Positions 48,389 through 58,034 of a stretch of 64,000 bases of DNA are shown here, in pieces. The stretch spans positions 640,001-704,000 of the forward strand of contig CAVVHE010000008.1 in NCBI GenBank assembly GCA_963748015.1. The letters are read 5' to 3'. The notes under the pieces are model-generated. The model had not been told where the DNA came from, did no database searches, and saw nothing but the letters and a program-made list of their open reading frames with translations. Position numbers and translations under genes: made by a program. The stretch is from Terriglobia bacterium (GTDB lineage Bacteria > Acidobacteriota > Polarisedimenticolia > Polarisedimenticolales > JAIQFR01). How positions within the stretch are numbered: position 1 is the stretch's first letter; the number at the start of each line of letters is the position of its first letter.

Positions 48389-49590
48389 CGGCCCGCCAGC
48401 GCGGCCACCGGGTCGAGCCGCGACGCGCGGCGCGCGGGGAGCGCGCCGAAGACCATGCCGACCGCGAGGGAGACCGCGAGCGCACCGGCGACGGCCCAGT
48501 TCGGGGGCGAGAACGGAAACGTCGGATAGAACGCCAGGAGGATCCGGTTCCCCGCGAGGCCGGCCAGGAGACCGAGAACGCCCCCCGACGTCGAGATCAG
48601 CGCGGCCTCCGTGAGGAACGCCGCCAGGATCTGCCCTTCCGTGGCCCCCACCGCCTTCAGCAGCCCGACCTCGCGGCTCCGCTCGCTGACCGACACGAGC
48701 ATCACGTTCATGATCCCGATGCCGGCGACCGAGAGGGAGATCGCCGCGATCCCGGCGAGCGCCGCGGTGAGGATCCCCAGGATCCGCCCGAAGGTCGCGA
48801 CGACCGAGTCCTGCGTGAACACGGTCACGTCCTCGATCCCGTCGTGCCGCTCGGTCAGGATGCGGAGGACCTCGCCCTTCGCCTCCTCGATCCGGTCGTG
48901 CGACGAGATCTCCACGAGCGCGCGGAACAGCCCGCGCCGGTTGAACATCCGCATCGCCGTGACCACGGGCACGTGCACGACCTCGTCGAGGTCGATTCCG
49001 AGCGAGGTCCCTCGCGGCGCGATCACGCCGATGACCCGGAAGCGCTCGTCGCCGATCCGCAGCATCTCGCCGAGGGGGTTCAGCCCCGCGAAGAGCTCCC
49101 CCTGGACCTTCGCCCCGATCACGCACACCCGCGGCGCCCTGGAGGTCTCGACGTCGGGAAGGTAGCTTCCGATGCCGATCTTGAGGCGCCGCACCCCGAG
49201 CATGTCGCGCGTCGTCCCGAAGACCGTGATCTCGCGGCTCAACCCCCCGAACCGCGCCGTCGCGGTGCCGACGGAGAGTGGCGCGACGCGCCGCACGAAC
49301 GGGACCCGCCTCGGGAGCCCCTCCACGTCATCGACCGTCAGCTCGTGGACGGTGCCCCCGATGATCGGAGCCACCCCGGTCGTCTCGGTCTTGCCGGGGA
49401 CCAGGATCAGGAGGTTGCTGCCGAGCGACGTGAACTCGCCGGTGACGTAGACCCGCGCTCCCTCGCCGAGACTGGTGAGCATCGTGACCGCCGCGACGCC
49501 GATCGCGATGCCGAGGAGGGACAGCCCCGTCCTCAGCCGGTGCCCGCGGAGCGCACCCGCCGCGAACCGGAGTAGGTCACCGAGACCCAA
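48385..49590 (-). CDS. ABC transporter permease (MacB/FtsX-like)
   Basis: GIGIMNVMLVSVSERSREVG, LDPVAAL. Confidence 0.92.
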   Translation of the reverse strand: MGLGDLLRFAAGALRGHRLRTGLSLLGIAIGVAAVTMLTSLGEGARVYVTGEFTSLGSNLLILVPGKTETTGVAPIIGGTVHELTVDDVEGLPRRVPFVRRVAPLSVGTATARFGGLSREITVFGTTRDMLGVRRLKIGIGSYLPDVETSRAPRVCVIGAKVQGELFAGLNPLGEMLRIGDERFRVIGVIAPRGTSLGIDLDEVVHVPVVTAMRMFNRRGLFRALVEISSHDRIEEAKGEVLRILTERHDGIEDVTVFTQDSVVATFGRILGILTAALAGIAAISLSVAGIGIMNVMLVSVSERSREVGLLKAVGATEGQILAAFLTEAALISTSGGVLGLLAGLAGNRILLAFYPTFPFSPPNWAVAGALAVSLAVGMVFGALPARRASRLDPVAALAGR

Positions 49591-49599
49591 GGGCGGCTC

Positions 49600-51333
49600 C
49601 TATCGCCGAGGGCCGCCCGCCCTGGCCTCGAGCTCTTCCACGAAGCCGGGCGGGAACCGGACACCGAGGCGGCTCGCCTCGCGAGCCTCCGCGAGGGCGC
49701 GGGGGAGATCCCCGAGACGGTAGGCGGCGACCGCGAGGCTGTAGTGCGCCTCGGCGAACCCGGGGTCCAGCCGGAGCGCCTCGGCGTATCGCGCTACGGC
49801 CTCGTCGAACCTTCCCTTCTCCGCCATCGCGAGCCCGAGGTTGTACTGCGCGTTCGCGTACCCCGGGTTCAGCCGGACCGCCTCCGTCAGGAACCCGATC
49901 GCCTCGTCGGTCTTCCCCTGCTGGAGCAGCGCGCCGCCGAGACTGCTCAGCGCGCCGATCTCCCGCGGCTCGATCCGGAGCGCCTCGCGGTACTGCGCGA
50001 TCGCGTCGTCCACGCGGCCGCGCTTCGCGAGGGCGGTCGCGAGATGGCAGTGCGCCTGGGTGTTGCCCGAGGTCACGGCGACCGCCCGCTCGAACAGCGT
50101 GACGCCGTCGGACCAGTAGCGGGTCTCGGCGCGGGCGGCGGCGCCGAGCGCCAAGAGCGCCGCGATCGCCGGCACGCCGAGAGCCCAGGTCCTGCCCCGC
50201 GGGACGAAGCGATCGGCCAGGTCCGACAGCCCCCAGGCGGCGATCACGAAGAGCCCCACCAGCGGGAGGTAGGTGTAGCGGTTCGCCATGGACTGGAGCC
50301 CCACCTGGACGAGGCCGATCACCGGCACCAGCATCCCGAGATACCAGAGCCAGCCGACCGCGAGGTAGGGAAGCCGGCGGCCGAACCGCACGGCGAGGTA
50401 GGTGACCGCGGCCAGCACGGCAAGCGCCGCGAGCCACTTCCACGCGGCGATCCCGGAAAACGGGTGGGGATAGTACACGGAGAGCCCGGACGGCACGACC
50501 GCCAGGATCGCGTAGCGAACGTACGCCACGAGGGCGTTCGCGATCCGGGCCGGCAGCGGAATGCGCTCGAGAAGCGTCACCGCGCCGGATGCGAGCTGGA
50601 CGCCGTAGGTGACGGCGCTCGACGCCGCCGCCAGCGCGAAGAGCGGCCACTTCTCCCACGCGCGCGAGAGCAGGTCGCGGCCGAAACGCCCCGCTCCCCT
50701 CGACGCCGTCAGCCGCCCGAGCGGCCAGTAGTCGAGGAGCAGGAACACGAACGGGAGCGTGACGATCATCGGCTTCGCCATGAGTCCCAGCGCGAAGAGC
50801 GCCGCGGTCAGCGCGTACCGGCCGCGCCCCCCGCGGCGCGCCCACGCGACGTAGGCGATCGCCGCGAGCAGGCCGAAGAAAGCGCTCAGGACGTCCTTGC
50901 GCTCGGCCACCCACGCGACGGACTCCACGTGCAGCGGGTGCAGGGCGAACAGCGCGGCGACGAACGCGCTGCGCCAGGTCCTCCCGGTCGCGCGATCGAG
51001 CAGGAGGAGCAGGAGGACCGCGTTGGCCGCGTGGAGGAGGAGACTCGTCAGGTGGTGGCCCCACGGGTCGAGGCCGTACCACCGGCAGTCCAGCATGTGC
51101 GAGATCCAGGTGAGCGGGTGCCAGTTGTAGGAGTGGTAGCCGGTGAACGCCCGGACGATCCCGTCGAGGGTCACCCCCCGGTTCACCATCGGGTTCGACG
51201 TGACGTAGTCGGCGTCGTCGTAGGCGTCGATGAAGCCGTTCCCGAGCGAGGGCGCGTACACGGCGATCGTCGCACCGGCCAGCAAAATGGCCGCCAGGAC
51301 CGTGCGTTGGCGGCCCGCGACCCCGCGCGTCAT
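49600..51333 (-). CDS. TMTC-like GT-C membrane glycosyltransferase with C-terminal TPRs
   Basis: YDDADYV, NWHPLTWISH, HPLHVESVAWVAERKDVL, NRYTYLP, several TPRs. Confidence 0.8.
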   Translation of the reverse strand: MTRGVAGRQRTVLAAILLAGATIAVYAPSLGNGFIDAYDDADYVTSNPMVNRGVTLDGIVRAFTGYHSYNWHPLTWISHMLDCRWYGLDPWGHHLTSLLLHAANAVLLLLLLDRATGRTWRSAFVAALFALHPLHVESVAWVAERKDVLSAFFGLLAAIAYVAWARRGGRGRYALTAALFALGLMAKPMIVTLPFVFLLLDYWPLGRLTASRGAGRFGRDLLSRAWEKWPLFALAAASSAVTYGVQLASGAVTLLERIPLPARIANALVAYVRYAILAVVPSGLSVYYPHPFSGIAAWKWLAALAVLAAVTYLAVRFGRRLPYLAVGWLWYLGMLVPVIGLVQVGLQSMANRYTYLPLVGLFVIAAWGLSDLADRFVPRGRTWALGVPAIAALLALGAAARAETRYWSDGVTLFERAVAVTSGNTQAHCHLATALAKRGRVDDAIAQYREALRIEPREIGALSSLGGALLQQGKTDEAIGFLTEAVRLNPGYANAQYNLGLAMAEKGRFDEAVARYAEALRLDPGFAEAHYSLAVAAYRLGDLPRALAEAREASRLGVRFPPGFVEELEARAGGPRR

Positions 51334-52004
51334 GCCGCGGTCTCCGACGCCACCGCCCCGTCCACGAGGCGGACCCGCCGGTGCGCGCGCCGTCCGATGG
51401 CGGGGTCGTGGGTCACGACGACGAGCGTCAGCCCGCCCGCGTTCAGTCCCTCGAGCAGCGAGACCACCTCGGCCCCCGAGGCGGAGTCGAGGTTCCCGGT
51501 CGGCTCGTCCGCGAGGAGGATGGAGGGCCCCATGACCACGGCCCGCGCGCTCGCGACGCGCTGCCTCTCACCTCCCGAGAGCTGATCGGGACGGTGCTGG
51601 GCGCGCTCGGAGAGGCCCACGGAGCGGAGCGCGCTCGCGACCCGCTCGGCGCGCTCGGCGCGCTCGACGCCCGCGAACATCAAGGGGAGCTCGACGTTCT
51701 CCGCGGCGGTGAGCCGCGGCACGAGGTGGAAGGCCTGGAACACGAAGCCGATCTTGTGACGGCGCACCTTCGAGAGCTCGCCCTCGTCGAGCCGCGCGAC
51801 CTCTTGCCCATCGAGGACGTACGACCCCGCGGTCGGCCGGTCGAGGCAGCCGAGGATGTTGAGCAGGGTGGACTTCCCGGAGCCCGAAGGGCCCATCACC
51901 GAGACGTACTCCCCCGGTCCGATCGACAGGTCGACCTCGCGGAGCGCGTGCACCGGCCGGCCTCCCACGCCGTACACCCTCGAGATGCCGCGCAGCTCGA
52001 TCAC
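51330..52004 (-). CDS. ABC transporter ATP-binding protein
   Basis: GPSGSGKST, LSGGERQR, LADEPTGNLD, VTHD. Confidence 0.95.
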   Translation of the reverse strand: MIELRGISRVYGVGGRPVHALREVDLSIGPGEYVSVMGPSGSGKSTLLNILGCLDRPTAGSYVLDGQEVARLDEGELSKVRRHKIGFVFQAFHLVPRLTAAENVELPLMFAGVERAERAERVASALRSVGLSERAQHRPDQLSGGERQRVASARAVVMGPSILLADEPTGNLDSASGAEVVSLLEGLNAGGLTLVVVTHDPAIGRRAHRRVRLVDGAVASETAA

Positions 52005-53155
52005 TTGAGCGTCTCGCCCGCGATCTCGACCGGTGCGCCTTCTTTGATCTCCGCGCGGTCGAGAGACACCACGACCGCCTCGCCGGGGGCCGGCCCCTCC
52101 TTCACCTCGACGAACTCCCAGTTCCTGAGGCCGGTCTTGACCGGCACGGCGACGAGCTTTCCGCTCCGGACCACCAACACCTTGCTCCCCTCGATCAACG
52201 CGTAGCTCGGAACGCGAAGCACCCCTTCGCGGGAATCGAGGATCACCTCGACGTCCGCCGACGTGCCGGGGAGCAACGACTTCGCGAACGCCGCGTCGTC
52301 GAGCTCGGCCTCGACCTCGAAGGTCCGGTTCTGCTCCTCGACGTCGAGCACGTAGGGGGCGACGCGCGTGACGCGCCCCGGGAACGAGCGGCCGGGGAGC
52401 GCGTCCATGGTGATCCGCACCGGCTGGCCCGGGCGGACCCGTCCCACGTCCACCTCGTCCATCGGCACGCTGACGTAGATCGCGTCGGGATCGATCAGCT
52501 CGAGCACGGGCGGGATCGGCAGGCCGGGAGGGGAGGGGGTGATGAACTCGCCGACCTCGGTCTTGAGGTCCGCCACGACACCGTCGAACGGCGCGCGCAG
52601 CACCGTCTTGGCGAGGGTGGCCCGCGCGACGTCGAGCGCCGCGGCCGCCTGCTCGATCCGCGCGCGCGCCGCATCGCACGAAGCCGCCGCCACCTCGCTC
52701 CGGCTCTCGAACTGGTCGAGGATCTCCTGGGAGACCACGCGGTCGCGCGCCAGCCTCGAGTAGCGGTCGAGATCCCGCGCCGATTGCTCGGCGGCGCGGC
52801 AGGCCTCCCGCTCCGAGGCGCGCGCGGCGTCGAGAGCGCGCTCCTGGAGAGCGACCTGCGCGCCGTACTCGGCCTGCGCGAGCCGCAGGAGGACCTCGCC
52901 CGCGCGGACCCTGTCCCCCTTTCTCGCGGTCAGCGTCTCGACGCGCCCGCCGACCTCCGCGCTGAGCGATGCGCGCCGGCGGGACTGGACCGTGCCGGCC
53001 TTGCTGTTGGTGACGGTCTCCTCGACGCGCCCCGGCGCGGCGCGGAACACGGTGACCGGGACCGGCGCGCTCCGGAAGACCGTGAGGCGAAGGGCGACGA
53101 TCGCGGCGGCGAAGAGGACCAAGGCGACGATCCGGCGCGTCCAGGGTGATCTCAT
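52001..53155 (-). CDS. Periplasmic adaptor subunit (MacA-like)
   Basis: N-terminal anchor, GDRVRAGEVL, RAPFDGVV, coiled coil. Confidence 0.9.
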   Translation of the reverse strand: MRSPWTRRIVALVLFAAAIVALRLTVFRSAPVPVTVFRAAPGRVEETVTNSKAGTVQSRRRASLSAEVGGRVETLTARKGDRVRAGEVLLRLAQAEYGAQVALQERALDAARASEREACRAAEQSARDLDRYSRLARDRVVSQEILDQFESRSEVAAASCDAARARIEQAAAALDVARATLAKTVLRAPFDGVVADLKTEVGEFITPSPPGLPIPPVLELIDPDAIYVSVPMDEVDVGRVRPGQPVRITMDALPGRSFPGRVTRVAPYVLDVEEQNRTFEVEAELDDAAFAKSLLPGTSADVEVILDSREGVLRVPSYALIEGSKVLVVRSGKLVAVPVKTGLRNWEFVEVKEGPAPGEAVVVSLDRAEIKEGAPVEIAGETLK

Positions 53156-53246
53156 GGCGGGAATGGTACAAGAAAAACAGGCGCGAGCCGCCGGGCGCCG
53201 GGGAGCGCCGGACGTCCTTCGGGGGCCGCGTCCCGGCCGCCGCGCG

Positions 53247-53762
53247 TCAGCGCCGGCGACGGGCCGTCTTCGCTGGTTTCTTCGGGCCGCAAGCCTTGTA
53301 GAGGACCACCTCGCGCCCACCCTTGCGGTGCTCGGCGTGGTCCATCAGCTCGCGCATGAGGAAGATGCCCCGTCCATGGGGAAGCTCCAGCCGTTCGGCG
53401 GAGCGGGGATCGGGCACCGCGGAGGGGTCGAACCCCGGCCCCTCGTCGCGGATGGCGAGGAGGATGCCGTCGTCGGGGTCTCCGTAGCACCGGAGCAGGA
53501 CCTTCTTGTGGGAGTCGTTGTTGTTGCCGTGGATGATCGCGTTGGCGAGAGCCTCGCGGACGGCTATCTCGACGTCGGCCACGTCGGACGAGAGGCAGCC
53601 GGCTTCGCGCGCGACCGTCATGACCTTGTCGACGGCGAGGTTGATGGACTCCCTCGTGCTGGGGAGCAACGCTCGGAACCGGAGGACGAGGCGACGTCGA
53701 TCGAGCTTCACCGGAAGCCTCGAGGACCTCTCGGTGGCCACGGTTCTCGACGCTTTCGCCAC
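53247..53762 (-). CDS. RsbW-like anti-sigma / ATP-binding protein
   Basis: EALANAIIHGN, IRDEGPGFD, HGRGIFLM; GGGAGG RBS. Confidence 0.88.
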   Translation of the reverse strand: MAKASRTVATERSSRLPVKLDRRRLVLRFRALLPSTRESINLAVDKVMTVAREAGCLSSDVADVEIAVREALANAIIHGNNNDSHKKVLLRCYGDPDDGILLAIRDEGPGFDPSAVPDPRSAERLELPHGRGIFLMRELMDHAEHRKGGREVVLYKACGPKKPAKTARRRR

Positions 53763-53859
53763 GAAACCTCCCCGGGTCAGGACGCTGCGGGCGCCTGCCC
53801 GTGCCGGCACTAAGATACCGTTCATTACGGCGAATGACGAGCCGGAGTTTCGGCCCGCT

Positions 53860-53930
53860 TCGTCCCGGCTCGGACGTGTCCTCGCCAACCCGAAAAAGGG
53901 TTGTCTCCGGACACGTCCGAGCCGGGACGA
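53860..53930 (+). repeat. Conserved-core hairpin repeat, copy 9
   Basis: 22-bp perfect arms TCGTCCCGGCTCGGACGTGTCC around TCGC-C-AACCC-GAAAAA-GGGTT-G-TCTCC. Confidence 0.9.
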
Positions 53931-53939
53931 CGCAGGTCG

Positions 53940-54278
53940 TTAGGTGGTGGCGAGCAGGGCGTCGATCTTGGCGGCGCAGATGAAGTCGTTCTCCGAGAGG
54001 CCGCCGATGGCGTGGGTGGTGTAGCGGACGCGGACGAGGTTGTAGCCCACCTCGAGGTCCGGGTGGTGGTCCTCGCGGTGGGAGATCCAGGCCGTGGCGT
54101 TCACGAACGCCATCGTTTCGTGGTAGTTCCGGAAGTTGAACAGCTTCTGGATCTCCTTGCCGGAGGGATCGAGGGTCCAGTGGTCGAGCTTCGCTATCAG
54201 CTTGCGGGCCGCCTCGAGGGCGAGGGGCTCGACGCCGCCCTCGCAGGGCTTGCAGTGCTTCGTGGCCAGGTCGCTCAT
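53940..54278 (-). CDS. Pterin-4-alpha-carbinolamine dehydratase
   Basis: CKPCEGG, EDHHPDL, TTHAIGGLSENDFICAAKID. Confidence 0.93.
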   Translation of the reverse strand: MSDLATKHCKPCEGGVEPLALEAARKLIAKLDHWTLDPSGKEIQKLFNFRNYHETMAFVNATAWISHREDHHPDLEVGYNLVRVRYTTHAIGGLSENDFICAAKIDALLATT

Positions 54279-54440
54279 GTCTCACCTCATCCGGGGACGA
54301 TCCCCGGGTCCGAGCGATCGATTATCGCCGGTGACGGCCTCGAGGGCGAGGGGGCCCGGCGGGCAAGGGATCCTCCGGGGTTTCGGCGGGCCCCCGGATG
54401 CGCTCTAATGTCCGTCCCGCCCTCGCGGGACGAGGTGACG

Positions 54441-56192
54441 ATGCGCGGACGACGGCTCCCGGCTCTCGTGGCCTGGCTACTGGTAGTGGGCGTGGCGTTC
54501 GCGGCGCCGGGCGCGGGGGTGGCGCCCTCGCCGTCTAGCCCATCGCCGCGGCTCGCGGTGATCGTCGTGCTCGACGGCCTCTCCTGGGACGCGCTGGCGG
54601 GTGCCAAGCCCGCGTTCACGTCCGGTCTCAAGCGCTTGCTCGACGAGGGGCTCGTGGAGAGCGCCTGCCGGTACCGGCATCTCAACACCGAGACCGGCCC
54701 CGGCCACGCCTCCCTCTCCACCGGGGCGCCTCCTAGCGTCAACGGCATCGTCGCGAACGACTGGCACGAGATGGGGCCCGGCGGGAAGATGCGGCGGGTC
54801 TACTGCGCGGAAGAGGCCGGCGCCACGGGCGCCACGGCGAGGAAGGGGCCGTTCCAACTTGCCGCGCCGACCCTCGGGGACCGGCTCGTCGAGCAGCGGC
54901 CGGGGGCCCGGGTCGTATCGATCTCCGGAAAGGACCGCGCCGCGATTTTCCTCGCCGGGAAGAACCCGAAGCACGTCGTCTACTGGCTCGATTCGCGCTC
55001 GGGGCAGTTCGTGACCACCCCGGCCTACGATCCGTCGGCCCCGGGCGCCCCGCGCGCGGCGGCGATCGTGGCCGCGTTCAACTCGTCCCGCGGCGGGGCC
55101 AAGCTCGGGGAGCGGTACGGGACCGTCTGGCGGAAGCTGGACGGCGGACCGCTGCCGGCGGGGGTCAAGGCACCGGCCGCGGAGGCCGACATCGCGCCCT
55201 ACCAGGTGCCGGCGGTGGGGATCGGCTTCGACCATGACCTCGCGAAGGCGCCTTCGGGGTTCATTCGCGGCTTCTTCTTCAGCCCGTTTCAGGACGAGGC
55301 GATGACGGACCTCGCCGTCGACCTCCTGGGCGACGACGAGCTCGGGCTCGGGCGCGGCTCGGTGCCCGACCTGCTTTGCGTCTCGTTCTCCGCGAACGAC
55401 TACGTCGGGCACGCGTACGGGCCCGAGTCGGCCGAGAGCCTCGATCTCCTGCGCCGCTTCGATCGGTCGATCGGGCGGCTCCTCGACGCCCTCGACCGGC
55501 GATTCGGCAAGGGGGGCGTCACGCTCGCCCTGTCCGCCGATCACGGGATGTCGCCGATCCCCGAGGTCGAGCGCAAGCGCGACCCGTCGTTCAAGGGGAA
55601 GCGCCTCTACGACCGGGAGACGGCATCCACGCTGACTACCTTTCAGGATTGGCTGGGACGGCTGATCGACCGCGACCTCTGTCTCGACCCCGCGGCCCGT
55701 CCGATTCGCGGGTTGGGTTGCTGGTCGGTGTACTACGACCGGGACATCCTCCCGCTGCGAACGGTCGCCGGCCCGTGCGGCCCTGCGGGACGCGAGGTGA
55801 CCACGGTGGACCTCGACGGGGCGCTCGAGCGGGTGGTCGCGCGGTTCTTCGCCGACGAGCTCGAGGGAGTCTTGCCGATTTCGCGCCAGGGCCATTGGCC
55901 GTCCGCGGACTCGGCGGTGCCGTTCGCGCGGAACGATCTCCACCCCGGCCGCTCGGGGGACGCGTTTCTCGTGCCTCGCTACGGCGTGATGCTCCAGGGA
56001 GACCCGGGGCGCGGGACCGGGCACGGCTCGCAGTTCGGCCCCGACACGCACGTCCCGCTGCTGTTCTGGGGCGCGGGCATCGTGCCGGGCGTCTCCGACG
56101 CGGACACGGCGCCCTACGACCTGGCGCCGACTCTCGCGAAGATCCTCGGCGTGCGCCTCCCCGACGCCACCGGCCGCTCGCTGGTCCCGTAG
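54441..56192 (+). CDS. Alkaline phosphatase family protein (PafA-like, Thr nucleophile)
   Basis: Signal peptide, VVLDG, TETGPGHA, SGKDRAA, DYVGHAYGP, SADHG, GHGS. Confidence 0.88.
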   Translation: MRGRRLPALVAWLLVVGVAFAAPGAGVAPSPSSPSPRLAVIVVLDGLSWDALAGAKPAFTSGLKRLLDEGLVESACRYRHLNTETGPGHASLSTGAPPSVNGIVANDWHEMGPGGKMRRVYCAEEAGATGATARKGPFQLAAPTLGDRLVEQRPGARVVSISGKDRAAIFLAGKNPKHVVYWLDSRSGQFVTTPAYDPSAPGAPRAAAIVAAFNSSRGGAKLGERYGTVWRKLDGGPLPAGVKAPAAEADIAPYQVPAVGIGFDHDLAKAPSGFIRGFFFSPFQDEAMTDLAVDLLGDDELGLGRGSVPDLLCVSFSANDYVGHAYGPESAESLDLLRRFDRSIGRLLDALDRRFGKGGVTLALSADHGMSPIPEVERKRDPSFKGKRLYDRETASTLTTFQDWLGRLIDRDLCLDPAARPIRGLGCWSVYYDRDILPLRTVAGPCGPAGREVTTVDLDGALERVVARFFADELEGVLPISRQGHWPSADSAVPFARNDLHPGRSGDAFLVPRYGVMLQGDPGRGTGHGSQFGPDTHVPLLFWGAGIVPGVSDADTAPYDLAPTLAKILGVRLPDATGRSLVP

Positions 56193-56231
56193 TGCGCCGG
56201 CGTCCCTCGTCGACCTTCCCGTAACGCCGGC

Positions 56232-56310
56232 CCGCGAGGGCGAGGCCGGGAGCGTCCGAAGACGCCCCTTTTCCGGGGCGGCGAGGACGCTCCCGGCCTC
56301 GTCCTCGCGG
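56232..56310 (-). repeat. Conserved-core hairpin repeat, copy 10
   Basis: 26-bp arms with one G.T pair; core on the - strand GTCC-TCGC-C-GCCCC-GGAAAA-GGGGC-G-TCTTC-GGAC. Confidence 0.9.
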
Positions 56311-56330
56311 ACCACCACGTTGTTTGCGGG

Positions 56331-58034
56331 CTAGCGTCCCGCCCGAGGCGTGGGCTGGCGGCGGAACGCGGCGAGCAGGTAGAACCGGTCCGGGTAGGCG
56401 TGGTGGAAGACCCGCTCGGCGCCGAGGCTCCGCGCGAGGTCGTCGATCCACGGCTCGCCGGGTTCAGCGGGGCCGGCGGGGCGCAGGTACCAGCGCCGGA
56501 ACTCGGGGGACTGGAAGATCGCGTTCTCCTCGGGGGACCAGGGGAGGAGGCTCAGCCCCTCCGGGGGGCGCTCCGGGTCTCCCTTCGCCGCGAACACGAG
56601 CACGACGAGCTCGGGGCGCTTGTCGAAGAGGTAGGCCGGGTCGTACTGCTTGAGCAGGAAGGTGCCGGGGCTCTTCGCGATGTGGCGGTCCGTGAGACCC
56701 GTGATGTCCAGGACCCGCAGTTCGTCGCAGAGATAGCCCACGATACCGATGTCCATCAGCGCGACCGTGTCGCCGGGCCTCGCGGCGCCGCCGCGCAGCC
56801 ATTCGGCCAGGGCGCGGTGCCCTTCCGCGTAGCCGCGGGCGCGGACCGTGACGATCCGCTCGAACGCCGCGCGCACGTCGGACTGGGTCCACGCCGCGAG
56901 CGGCACCAGCGCGACGAGGAGGAGCGGGGCCAGCCAGCGGGGCCTCGCGAGCCAGCGCCCGGCGATCCCGGCCCAGCCCATCGCGACCGCGCAGGCGGCG
57001 AGCGGAAGGACCGGCACGATGAGCCGCCAGCCGAGCATCCAGTCGGGGCCGGTGGCGAGGGGAAGGAGGGCGCCCGCCACCGCCAGGGCCAGGAGCGGCG
57101 CCGCCGCGCGGCGGCGGATGCCGCCGAAATACCAGCCCGCGATCGCGGCGGCGATTCCCACGACACCCAGGACCGGCGGAAGCGCTCCCTGGCGCACGTA
57201 GGTCCAGGAGGTCATCGAGCCGACGCCGCCCGCCTTCGCGTAGTACGTGTTCGGGAGCCACTCGCCGTCGTAGGCGATCCAGCGGAAGGCGTACTGAGCC
57301 GCCGTGGCGGAGCCTACGATCGCCCCGTCCAGGATCGGCAGCCGGAGACGTCCGACGACCTCGCGGAAGGAAGATCGAATCTCACCCGGCCCGCCGCTCC
57401 AGGCCACGGCGGCCTGTGCGACCGCCCAAGCGCCGAACAGCGCCGGTCCCTCCGGCCGCGTCAGCGCCGCCGCCGCGAAAGCCAACCCCGCGCCGCGCCA
57501 CCGGCCGTCCTCTCCCGCCCGGACACCGAGCAGCACGCCTAGCCCGAGGAGCGCGGTGAAGAACGCCGTCTCGAGCCCGCTGACGGCGTTGACGGTGTAG
57601 GAGGGTGCGACCGCCAGGAGTCCCGCCGCGACGGCGCCGACCACTCCCGGGCTCGCGCCGCCTCGCTCGAAGGGCTCCACCAGCCGCCTGCAGAGCAGGA
57701 AGGAGATCGCCAGGCCGCCCGCGCCGCAGAGGAGGCCCAGCCCCTTCGCGAAAAGGGGCACGGCGCCTTCTCCCCCGAGCGCGAACACCGGCGCCATGAC
57801 GAGCATCCAGAGGAGGTTCGAGTACCCCTCGACGCGCTCGCCGGGATTGAAGTAGGGCCCGCGCCCGGTGGCGAGGAAACGGCTGTACCGGAACGTGATG
57901 TACGCGTCGTCATTCACGTACCGCAGGAGCTCGGCCGCCTGCGCGAGGAATAACACGATGGCCGCGACGAGCAGGACGGCGCCGAGCCATCGCGCGGCCC
58001 CGCCTCCGCCGGCCGCCGCCTTGCGCGCCCTCAT
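56331..58034 (-). CDS. GT-C fold membrane glycosyltransferase-like protein (AftB-like)
   Basis: DDAYITFRY, GERVEGYSN, SGLET, TRPEG, PNTYYAK, DITGLTD. Confidence 0.75.
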   Translation of the reverse strand: MRARKAAAGGGGAARWLGAVLLVAAIVLFLAQAAELLRYVNDDAYITFRYSRFLATGRGPYFNPGERVEGYSNLLWMLVMAPVFALGGEGAVPLFAKGLGLLCGAGGLAISFLLCRRLVEPFERGGASPGVVGAVAAGLLAVAPSYTVNAVSGLETAFFTALLGLGVLLGVRAGEDGRWRGAGLAFAAAALTRPEGPALFGAWAVAQAAVAWSGGPGEIRSSFREVVGRLRLPILDGAIVGSATAAQYAFRWIAYDGEWLPNTYYAKAGGVGSMTSWTYVRQGALPPVLGVVGIAAAIAGWYFGGIRRRAAAPLLALAVAGALLPLATGPDWMLGWRLIVPVLPLAACAVAMGWAGIAGRWLARPRWLAPLLLVALVPLAAWTQSDVRAAFERIVTVRARGYAEGHRALAEWLRGGAARPGDTVALMDIGIVGYLCDELRVLDITGLTDRHIAKSPGTFLLKQYDPAYLFDKRPELVVLVFAAKGDPERPPEGLSLLPWSPEENAIFQSPEFRRWYLRPAGPAEPGEPWIDDLARSLGAERVFHHAYPDRFYLLAAFRRQPTPRAGR

